Virus record (IMG/VR): IMGVR_UViG_3300030376_004411
Span: 1 to 63,083 of that record
Direction: 5' to 3' (one strand)
DNA from: a virus
Lineage: Duplodnaviria; Caudoviricetes
DNA length: 63,083 bases
Shown here: positions 38,921-46,633 of the stretch, in pieces
Position numbering within the stretch: the first letter of the stretch is position 1
How the letters are laid out: each line of letters begins with the position of its first letter
The notes under the pieces: generated by a model
What the model was told of the DNA's origin: nothing
The model's input: the letters and a program-made list of their open reading frames with translations, nothing else
Databases searched by the model: none
Translations under genes and position numbers: made by a program

Positions 38921-39328
38921 CTATTTTAATAAATACTCGCCGTGTGATGTTATTGTCCAGTTTCTTGATGTAGTATCAGTTACATTTTGTAACGTAACTC
39001 TAAAAGCTGAATCTTTAGGTACAATAATTTCTAGTGGTGGGGTTGGTCCATGTCTACCCACATCCATCGTCTCAGTCATATCTGATGTATATAATTCTAC
39101 ATCTGCTGCTGAACCATCTGCTGGTCCAGTGTATACTGTTAATCTATAATTATTAGATGTGTCTACTTCAACTGCTACTTGCATTTTAATTAGGAAGTCT
39201 CTACTTCCTACATCTGTAGATACTAGTATGTCGGTTTCTGAATTAGTTACAGCTTTTATACCGCTGTACCAATAGAATTTATCACCTGCACCTACATCGG
39301 TTTTACTTCCTACTGTTGCTGCTGCCAT
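38921..39328 (-). CDS. Hypothetical beta-rich protein
   Basis: 135 aa; AGGAG SD. Confidence 0.7.
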   Translation of the reverse strand: MAAATVGSKTDVGAGDKFYWYSGIKAVTNSETDILVSTDVGSRDFLIKMQVAVEVDTSNNYRLTVYTGPADGSAADVELYTSDMTETMDVGRHGPTPPLEIIVPKDSAFRVTLQNVTDTTSRNWTITSHGEYLLK

Positions 39329-39340
39329 TGTTTATTCTCC

Positions 39341-41230
39341 TTATATTTCACACTTGTCACCGACACAAGCAAACTCAGATTTACCCTGAGTATTGTCTTC
39401 TAGTTCGTAATGAGACAACTGTGTATAGTCAATTAGGGGGTGTTCCTTTATAAGCCTTTCGTAGGTATGGACGTCTATTTCTTCATATGGAGCTAATTTA
39501 TACTTACCACCGTCGTATGGTAAGAATGACACTCCGTTAATAATATCCCAGTTTTGATACACCCAATTACCTACCTCGAACCATTCATCATCTCTAACAT
39601 ATACAGTCATACTAGCATTGTGTTCACACCAGTTGTGTTGTAAATTTTTGTAATGTTTGAGTTGGTCTAACGCAGTAACATCTTTACGTGTAACGCAATC
39701 TTCTGGTGATTTTACTGGAAACTCTAACACCCACGTCGTAGCTGTCTCAGCATCTTGACCATTTTCTGGATTACACGGTACACCTGCTTCTTTCATCAGT
39801 TTGAAAAGAGGGTCACGAGCTGCTATCCTATAACGACGTATATAGTATTGAGAATATCGGGGATGTACACCGGATGCAGAGTCTACAAGTTGTGATACGG
39901 TCCCTGATGGCTTTACACAAGTAGTAGCTGCTGGCATTTTAGTACCTAATATACCTGATGCTTTACGTGCAATACGTAATACACGACTTTTAAGAGCCGC
40001 TAATGCCTCCGAAGTTAATATATGGTGGTTATCCATTTGACCAGTCAAACTAACTCCTAGCAGCGCTTCTACGTCACAGTTCTTTTTCCACTCTTTTCTA
40101 AGATATGGAAAGTCTGTGAACGAACTTTGTATAACACCAAGCCATGTTGCCGTTTCGACTTTGTCTAACAAAGAGTCTAAGTCATCACCATCTCTTACGA
40201 CTACTTCCGAAAGGTTACAGAATTGCATATCTCGCAACATAATTTCTCCACAAGGATTAGTTCCTTGTATTTTAGGAGCGTAACGTCTGGCGGGTGCTTT
40301 GTTTTGAGCAGCTTGTAAATTAAATATACCTCTCTCTCCAGTTCCTGACTTAGCTAATGCACCCCACTCAACTAAGAAATCTGCAGCTGAGGGCTTTTCT
40401 CTAAATACTGCACTGTTATTTGCCATAGCTCGTTTGATAGGGAAAGGCCACTCTTTTGCATGACGCAAGTCTTGGTCATCAAGGTCACTCAAAGATATTT
40501 GTGAGCTGCGTCTAACTCCACCTACAACCACAATTTCTGCAATTTGATTACATATATCATGAGCTTCGATTGTTGTAAGCTGTCGACCTTGGGCATTATG
40601 CATAGTTTCACGTATAAAATCATGTAACTTTACTAGTGGTTGTGGACCTGATGCTCGACCTCCCATTGTAAGTAAACGAGCACCCTCCAGTCTTATAGCA
40701 CTATAATCAAAATAAATATTCTGACCTTCATATAAACTTCCCATTAAAGTTTTTACAGAATCAGCCCAACCAGCTTTTGAATCATCAATCAAAACTTTAG
40801 CTAGTCCCTGTCCTGACTTGATTTCTGGGACGCTAGGTAATTTCTTAACCTCTTCAGCTTCAACTGAGAAACCAAAACCAGTACCACACATTAGGACATA
40901 CAGACACTCAGCAAAAGCTTCTACAGAATTTATCTTAGCAAAGGAGCAATTATAAATGCAAGTGTTATCTGCTTTAGCTGCAGGACCTGCTGCCCAGAGG
41001 AATCGCATAGAAGGCATGACACCAAACTCTGTCATATACTTTCTAATCTTACTAATAGTTTTGTCTGGTATTTCTGGTCTTTCTGAAATTATAAAACCAA
41101 TAAATCTTTCAATTGTCTCAGGCCAATTTTCTCTTCTGGCCTCTTCTTCTAGCCAACGTGAATACGTTCTTTTATATATAAATTCTGCTACTTCGTTTTT
41201 AAACATCTTACCACTCCTTTGCGGTTTCAT
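39341..41230 (-). CDS. nrdJ: Class II (B12-dependent) ribonucleotide reductase
   Basis: YNCSF, VVVGGVRRS, TNPCGEI, CNLSEV, CVKPSGTVS, C-terminal CVGDKCEI. Confidence 0.95.
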   Translation of the reverse strand: MKPQRSGKMFKNEVAEFIYKRTYSRWLEEEARRENWPETIERFIGFIISERPEIPDKTISKIRKYMTEFGVMPSMRFLWAAGPAAKADNTCIYNCSFAKINSVEAFAECLYVLMCGTGFGFSVEAEEVKKLPSVPEIKSGQGLAKVLIDDSKAGWADSVKTLMGSLYEGQNIYFDYSAIRLEGARLLTMGGRASGPQPLVKLHDFIRETMHNAQGRQLTTIEAHDICNQIAEIVVVGGVRRSSQISLSDLDDQDLRHAKEWPFPIKRAMANNSAVFREKPSAADFLVEWGALAKSGTGERGIFNLQAAQNKAPARRYAPKIQGTNPCGEIMLRDMQFCNLSEVVVRDGDDLDSLLDKVETATWLGVIQSSFTDFPYLRKEWKKNCDVEALLGVSLTGQMDNHHILTSEALAALKSRVLRIARKASGILGTKMPAATTCVKPSGTVSQLVDSASGVHPRYSQYYIRRYRIAARDPLFKLMKEAGVPCNPENGQDAETATTWVLEFPVKSPEDCVTRKDVTALDQLKHYKNLQHNWCEHNASMTVYVRDDEWFEVGNWVYQNWDIINGVSFLPYDGGKYKLAPYEEIDVHTYERLIKEHPLIDYTQLSHYELEDNTQGKSEFACVGDKCEI

Positions 41231-41278
41231 TTTATAGTTTAAGCTACTATAAAAAGCTTTTTCTAAAATTAAAAAAGA

Positions 41279-41368
41279 CTATTTAAAGTCTGTCAAGACT
41301 CGCCTACCACAAGTGCAAACTTTATCTGGATTACACTTGCAGCGGCTTGAGGAAGTCAATAGACCCAT
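41279..41368 (-). CDS. 29-aa CxC..CxC micro-protein
   Basis: TAG-ATG adjacency; MGLLTSSSRCKCNPDKVCTCGRRVLTDFK. Confidence 0.55.
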   Translation of the reverse strand: MGLLTSSSRCKCNPDKVCTCGRRVLTDFK

Positions 41369-41773
41369 CTAGTTTTTAGGTTCTAATTTGTTTCCTTCAC
41401 CATCATAGTGGTCACCAGTGTACATGTGTACATAACCACCATTAGGTTTTTTACCATAGACTTCTTTTACCCATCGGGTAGAAGGTGTGTCTGGTCTTTT
41501 TTCAACAGTATATGCACCATTAACAAGGGATACTCCCTTACCTAGGTTCACTACTTCATCTTCTTCTTCAGCTATTTCTTCCATAAGTTCTTCTTCAACA
41601 ACTTCTTCGACTACTTCTTCTTCGATAAGTTCTTCTTCAACAACTTCTTCAATAACTTCTTCATCTTCCTCTGGTAATGTAGCTTCAGCTAATCTTACTT
41701 CTAGCTCTTCTTTCTTACCTTTGGTAGATAGTCCTAAATCTTTTAGGGCTGCTTTAAGTTCTTTAACTTTCAT
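41369..41773 (-). CDS. SAP-domain protein with Glu-rich linker
   Basis: MKVKELKAALKDLGLSTKGKKEELEVRL matches the SAP consensus; 26-nt duplication at 41583 and 41625. Confidence 0.8.
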   Translation of the reverse strand: MKVKELKAALKDLGLSTKGKKEELEVRLAEATLPEEDEEVIEEVVEEELIEEEVVEEVVEEELMEEIAEEEDEVVNLGKGVSLVNGAYTVEKRPDTPSTRWVKEVYGKKPNGGYVHMYTGDHYDGEGNKLEPKN

Positions 41774-41827
41774 CTACTCCTCCTTGCTACATTCGCATGA
41801 GCATGAGCAGTCGTCACAACAACACAT
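41774..41827 (-). CDS. 17-aa Cys-rich micropeptide (metallothionein-like)
   Basis: MCCCDDCSCSCECSKEE; GGAGG SD, TAATG coupling upstream, TAG-ATG adjacency downstream. Confidence 0.6.
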   Translation of the reverse strand: MCCCDDCSCSCECSKEE

Positions 41828-41985
41828 TATTTAACCCTCCCTATTCTATTACCATCTTTGTCAAGTTTCCAAGTTCGACCATGCTGGTCTCTGAAAGTCT
41901 TGACTGATTCTTCTTTAGGAGTTTCAACAACAGGTTCTTCTGTGATTGCTTCTTCTATTATTTCTTTCTTTGCTTTCTTAGCCAT
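41827..41985 (-). CDS. 52-aa hypothetical protein (not in ORF track)
   Basis: TAATG coupled on both sides; MAKKAKKEIIEE..WKLDKDGNRIGRVK. Confidence 0.65.
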   Translation of the reverse strand: MAKKAKKEIIEEAITEEPVVETPKEESVKTFRDQHGRTWKLDKDGNRIGRVK

Positions 41986-42335
41986 TATTCTGAACTCCCT
42001 GATTCTACAATCTGTGCGAACTCTTCACCAATGATTGTTGATTTATGCATCTCAGTCTCAGCCCATGGGACTATAGTTCCTGAGAGTCCTGTGATGGAAT
42101 CGGTAACTCCGTTCCATGCATAGCCTGCGATATCATTAGGTGTGTCACCTGATTTGATATCTGCGTTTGGGACAACAGTGTCCCAGTATCCGGAAAGACC
42201 GTTTGGACTGCATACAGCTCTAAATCCTACACAAACCCCAGTAGGGTCTACGTTAGGATATACTTCGTAGCGTGCTACATATACATCTGCTTTGCATCCA
42301 TCGTCTCCGGCACATTCAATTGTTATTACTGCCAT
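41985..42335 (-). CDS. Hypothetical protein
   Basis: 116 aa; AGGTGA SD. Confidence 0.75.
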   Translation of the reverse strand: MAVITIECAGDDGCKADVYVARYEVYPNVDPTGVCVGFRAVCSPNGLSGYWDTVVPNADIKSGDTPNDIAGYAWNGVTDSITGLSGTIVPWAETEMHKSTIIGEEFAQIVESGSSE

Positions 42336-42366
42336 AATATTTCACCTTTTTTTATCTTCGCCAATA

Positions 42367-42528
42367 CTACTTACGTTTATATTTGCGTTTCGTTGCTTTC
42401 TTTTTACCTTTAGATTTTACTTTAGTGGGTAGTTTAGCACCTTTCGGTGTTTCACTCTCCCACTTCTTCGCCATCTTTGGTTTGTTCTTGTACATCCAAG
42501 CTCTCTGTTTCTGACTCTTGAACGGCAT
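42367..42528 (-). CDS. Small basic phage protein (MPFKSxKQRxW type, 53 aa, not in ORF track)
   Basis: AGGAG SD; MPFKSQKQRAWMYKNKPKMAKKWE..KRKYKRK. Confidence 0.7.
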   Translation of the reverse strand: MPFKSQKQRAWMYKNKPKMAKKWESETPKGAKLPTKVKSKGKKKATKRKYKRK

Positions 42529-42811
42529 TTTCTTGCTCCTTTTGTAGTTCTGCTAAGTAGGATTGCCAATCAACAACCAAATCTTGTTGTTCAACAAATT
42601 GTTCAACAATTTTTGCGTTCTGCTCTAAAGCATTCTGCATTTGAAGTGCTTGTTGTTCTGTCATAGATAATCTTTCACCAAGTTGTTTGGTTTGTCCAAC
42701 CAACCAGTTTAGATTGTCCATAGTTTGTGCAGGTCCTGACCCTTTGTTGAAGTCTTTTACCCAGCTTTCTACGTCGTTCATACGTTTCTCTAGTCTTTTC
42801 AATGTTACCAT
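42452..42811 (-). CDS. Coiled-coil hypothetical protein
   Basis: 119 aa, Gln/Glu rich; AGGAG SD. Confidence 0.7.
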   Translation of the reverse strand: MVTLKRLEKRMNDVESWVKDFNKGSGPAQTMDNLNWLVGQTKQLGERLSMTEQQALQMQNALEQNAKIVEQFVEQQDLVVDWQSYLAELQKEQENAVQESETESLDVQEQTKDGEEVGE

Positions 42812-42821
42812 TTTTTCTCTC

Positions 42822-43925
42822 CTAGCAAGGACAATTGTCCCTGCAGATTTTCATTTGTAATAACTTATCCTTTGAATATCTATTTAAAGCTTTCTCTCTC
42901 ATATTGTGTATGATGTGTCCAGCTCGGCCGGGGTCATCAGTATACCAACCCCAGTCTCGGCCGGGCTCGTTATAGATACTCTCGAATATAAAATGAATGT
43001 CACGGTTGGAATAACCAGCGTTGATTAACTCCATACCTATCACCTTGTTTTCTTCGTGGCTGCTATGTCCACGCTCTATATTATGCTCTATAAGCTCTAT
43101 TACGCATTTTCTAGGGGGCATAATATAATCATGCTGTATAGAGGTATGCATAGTAGAGCTTACAACTTTATCATTGTTAATTTTCTCTAAGAGATATGCT
43201 ACACTTAGAGATACTGTGTGTGGTATTTCTAATTCATCACACATAAACTCAACAAAGTTTCGTAAAGCTTTCTTGCTTCTGTTACTTTCTATTTCCTTAG
43301 TACGGGGTCCCATAGCCATACCATATATTTCCTCAACTGACATCTTCATAACTTCCTCTACAGTAAGTTGTATACTCCATACCCCTGTAGGCTCTCCAGT
43401 TATTTTAGATATGTATTGTGTATTAGGTATACGCCTAAGACACGCTACACTATTGTTTATACATGCTTGGTCTAATGTCTTAAGTTTATACTCTGTCTTT
43501 AAGTATGTTAAGTAGTTTCTTAACATGTCTCTTTTGATAGTATCCGACAAGTCCAAGTGGGAGTAAAGGTCTATATTCATTTGAAAGCCCTTGCCCCCTG
43601 TAAGATATATCCTTGGGATAATCTCTCGTGGTTTGCAGTATTGCCTTATAAATTTTCTTACATCTTTTAGACATTTGTTTATATCCTTTGTGTCATCAAA
43701 ATCGAACCATAATGTATTGACAACTGCTGAATCATAGTTGGTTTTACCCTCACTTCTATCAACAGTATCATCAAAAACATATACACTAGTATAACAACTC
43801 TTCCTACCATTGTATTCAGCTATGTGCTTTTCTAGCTGTTCGACGTTATAACATCGGGCTATTCTTTGGGGGATTCCAAATTCTCTGAAGTACATTCTCT
43901 TAATATTTCTATGTCTTGTGCCCAA
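42822..43925 (-). CDS. Archaeo-eukaryotic primase, PriS fused to a PriL-C-terminal-like domain
   Basis: FREFG, YTSVY, LWFDFD, TGGKGFQ, LRRIPNT; C-terminal PPRKC..H..ICRDNCPC; start probably at MYFREFG. Confidence 0.85.
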   Translation of the reverse strand: MGTRHRNIKRMYFREFGIPQRIARCYNVEQLEKHIAEYNGRKSCYTSVYVFDDTVDRSEGKTNYDSAVVNTLWFDFDDTKDINKCLKDVRKFIRQYCKPREIIPRIYLTGGKGFQMNIDLYSHLDLSDTIKRDMLRNYLTYLKTEYKLKTLDQACINNSVACLRRIPNTQYISKITGEPTGVWSIQLTVEEVMKMSVEEIYGMAMGPRTKEIESNRSKKALRNFVEFMCDELEIPHTVSLSVAYLLEKINNDKVVSSTMHTSIQHDYIMPPRKCVIELIEHNIERGHSSHEENKVIGMELINAGYSNRDIHFIFESIYNEPGRDWGWYTDDPGRAGHIIHNMREKALNRYSKDKLLQMKICRDNCPC

Positions 43926-44191
43926 TCTGTTGGTATAGCCATTATATCACACCCGTCACTTTGTGACCCGTGCATTACTAAAACTATTGCCTTTTCATCT
44001 TTGGCTACCATTTCTCCAACTGTCTCACAAACTGTAAGATGTTCAGATGGGTTTGCTGCGTTTATTCTATACTCTTTAAAAGTACTGGCTGCATCATTCC
44101 ATGTGACCTTTACAATAGGCCCTACGCTACCGAGAAACTCGGCTTCTCTATTTCTGTTGTCTATTAATTTCGGCATTTTTCCATTCCTCAA
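43859..44191 (-). CDS. Hypothetical phage protein
   Basis: VKVTWNDA..CETVG..IP pattern. Confidence 0.7.
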   Translation of the reverse strand: MRNGKMPKLIDNRNREAEFLGSVGPIVKVTWNDAASTFKEYRINAANPSEHLTVCETVGEMVAKDEKAIVLVMHGSQSDGCDIMAIPTDWAQDIEILRECTSENLESPKE

Positions 44192-44513
44192 ACATATCTG
44201 CTATGATATTTAAATCATTATCGTGTTTATAGTATTTAGCATTTGGTGGTGTTTCACTTACCATAACTGGATTGTAAGGTCTTTCGAATAACAATCTGCT
44301 ATATGGTATACCTTCATCTGCTAACCATTCTTTAGTTGCCATAACCCAATCTAATGAGTTAGGTCTTTTACACCATATCGTTATATGATGTTCGTTCTTC
44401 ATCAACCATGTCATAAATTCTTTGACATTAGCTAATGGCTTTGCGCGGTCTACCTCATGGTAGTCTTTACATGGAGTACATATGACCCCATCCATTCCAA
44501 ATACTAAATTCAT
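44148..44513 (-). CDS. HAD-like protein with degenerate catalytic motif
   Basis: LVFGMDGVIC, HHITIW, TKEWL..IPYSRL. Confidence 0.65.
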   Translation of the reverse strand: MNLVFGMDGVICTPCKDYHEVDRAKPLANVKEFMTWLMKNEHHITIWCKRPNSLDWVMATKEWLADEGIPYSRLLFERPYNPVMVSETPPNAKYYKHDNDLNIIADMFEEWKNAEINRQQK

Positions 44514-45997
44514 TTCTTTATCTCTGGTGTTATTTTATTTATCCAGTCTTTCCACCTTTGTCCTATAACTTCCCAGCTATAGTGTTTGACTGCGTGTTTT
44601 CTAGCTGCTTTTGATGCAGCTATCCTTTTATCAGAATTCTTATAATAATAATCTAAAGATTGTGCTATTGCATTCTCTGAAGCTATTGCTCTCTGAGGTG
44701 CTGCACGAGCAGGGGTATCCCACCACATATCTTTATATGGTATTAATATACCTCTGTCACAAATATCTTCATCCTCTAAATGGTCTCGACCGTTTGGTGT
44801 TGGGTCATTGTGGTGACCACCCAATGGATACATAGGTATGTCTTCATTCTCAGGGTCATCAGACTTTACTAACTCATAACCTGTAGTATAATTAGTTACA
44901 CATATTGGTACACCTGAACACATAGCTTCTAAGGTTGGAATACCAAACCCCTCACCAGCGGTAGGTAAGACAAATACATCCATACAACTATACATCTGAG
45001 CCATTTCTTCCTCTGTAGCTGCTTCACCATGGTCTAGTACGCCCATTAGTGGTGGCATCAAATACTCTGCAACACCATAATAATCTGCAAAGTCAGGGAA
45101 CTTCCAACCCATAGAGTCGTTCCAATCCATATGTAATATAAGTTTAGTATCATCTGGTGTAAGATTATTTTCTTTTACAAACTGAGCATATCCTTTTATC
45201 AAACGAGGAATATTTTTTCTATGTTGGTTTCGTGCTACGCAACCTACCATAAATACGTCTGGTTTATCCATGTTACCATACTTCGGATGTACTCGGGGTT
45301 TAAAAAGGTTTGTATCAACACCATGTGGTATGTATGTTGTATCAAAGTCAAAATCTTTCTTCAAACCTATCTGACCATAACGAGACATGGCTACACCATA
45401 ATCTACATTATCTAACTGCTGAGCCCATGATGGGATAGATGGTTCACCGTCGTATGGTACTATGACACCTAGTTTCCAAGGCGTACCACTTGATACTTGT
45501 TTGAAAGCTTCGTTCATCATATCCATTCTTTGTTTACGATTCAACAGTTTACCATCCTGTCCATAGAATGGTAGGTTAACACTTGTAGGTTTTTTCATAT
45601 CGGTCATGTGTTTAAACATCTGAAAATCCAAATGTGCTAACACTAAATCTGGTTTAAAGGTTTGGGTCCATTGTGGGAAAGACCTTTCACCGAAACGTTC
45701 TTGACCCGGATATAGTATTGGTAAATTTTCAAATACAGCACGTGTCTCAGTTTGACCTAGGGGCCACGGTGTACTCCATTTAGCGTGTTGACCGTTCTGA
45801 CAACCACCATAACCTATGTGATGTCCTTCACCATTTAAAATGGCTGCTATATTTTTTGTGTTCGTTCCAAAACCTGTAGGTGCCCATGCACTATCTGATA
45901 CAGGCATTATTTTTAGTTTACCTTTTTTAGGTGTATCAAATTTCATTCCTTCTTCATACTGACCTACAGTAGTTGCGTCATTTCTGCTTATGTTCAT
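44510..45997 (-). CDS. Glycosyltransferase (GT-B, family 4-like)
   Basis: PTGFG, IPHGVD..F, ARNQHRKNIPRL, DVFVLPTAGEGFGIPTLEAMCSG. Confidence 0.92.
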   Translation of the reverse strand: MNISRNDATTVGQYEEGMKFDTPKKGKLKIMPVSDSAWAPTGFGTNTKNIAAILNGEGHHIGYGGCQNGQHAKWSTPWPLGQTETRAVFENLPILYPGQERFGERSFPQWTQTFKPDLVLAHLDFQMFKHMTDMKKPTSVNLPFYGQDGKLLNRKQRMDMMNEAFKQVSSGTPWKLGVIVPYDGEPSIPSWAQQLDNVDYGVAMSRYGQIGLKKDFDFDTTYIPHGVDTNLFKPRVHPKYGNMDKPDVFMVGCVARNQHRKNIPRLIKGYAQFVKENNLTPDDTKLILHMDWNDSMGWKFPDFADYYGVAEYLMPPLMGVLDHGEAATEEEMAQMYSCMDVFVLPTAGEGFGIPTLEAMCSGVPICVTNYTTGYELVKSDDPENEDIPMYPLGGHHNDPTPNGRDHLEDEDICDRGILIPYKDMWWDTPARAAPQRAIASENAIAQSLDYYYKNSDKRIAASKAARKHAVKHYSWEVIGQRWKDWINKITPEIKK

Positions 45998-46004
45998 ATT
46001 TTCC

Positions 46005-46199
46005 TTATTGTTTTATAGCTATAATATCTCTTTTGTTAACAATAACGGTTCCCTTATCTCCAGTAAGGTATACAAAATTCTCATCATCATTCGTTATCAT
46101 TCCTCTTCCTACTTTTGTTCTTTCTTCTTCACGCCAAACCACCTTGACTTCTGCGTCTGACAAAAATGCAGACAACGGTTTACTTTCTTTTTCATCCAT
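46005..46199 (-). CDS. Small Sm-like/SH3-like beta-barrel protein
   Basis: VKVVW..GRGMITNDDENFVYL..VIVNKRDIIAI; TATA box at 46247-46254. Confidence 0.55.
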   Translation of the reverse strand: MDEKESKPLSAFLSDAEVKVVWREEERTKVGRGMITNDDENFVYLTGDKGTVIVNKRDIIAIKQ

Positions 46200-46264
46200 T
46201 TAATCACTTCTCCCCGAAGGGTATATATAATTATACCTTAACTTAGTATATAAAGTTTGCGGCA

Positions 46265-46633
46265 TTAAAAGTCCTCTAATGTGGTCCTACGTGGGATATT
46301 TATAGAATTTAATTTATCTAATATTTCAGCTTCAGTATATTTAGGGTCTATTATTTCCCCTCTTCCCATAAAGTTTTTAGGGACACCCATCTGGCTGGCT
46401 TTTTTTGTTCCTATCTGCATATCTTTAAACTGCATCTCTATACCTTTAACATCTTCTTTATTAACGTCAAAGGTCTTTATAATTTTTAAACCATCTCCAT
46501 AATTTCTTGTGTCCTTAAATCTTTCTCTTACAGTATTACCAGTATAACCTATTTTTAGATGCCACACGTCTAAAGTATCTTGTACATTTACAAAGTAAAG
46601 TGTTGTTCTTTCTTCTTGACTCATCATAACCAA
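46265..46633 (-). CDS. GIY-YIG/T5orf172-like protein
   Basis: LYFV..LKIGYTG..VRERF..IE. Confidence 0.7.
   Translation of the reverse strand: MVMMSQEERTTLYFVNVQDTLDVWHLKIGYTGNTVRERFKDTRNYGDGLKIIKTFDVNKEDVKGIEMQFKDMQIGTKKASQMGVPKNFMGRGEIIDPKYTEAEILDKLNSINIPRRTTLEDF

Noticed and set aside
41487-41834. Ser/Thr-rich + strand ORF
   Set aside because: Antisense of the GAA-rich acidic tract in the SAP protein gene
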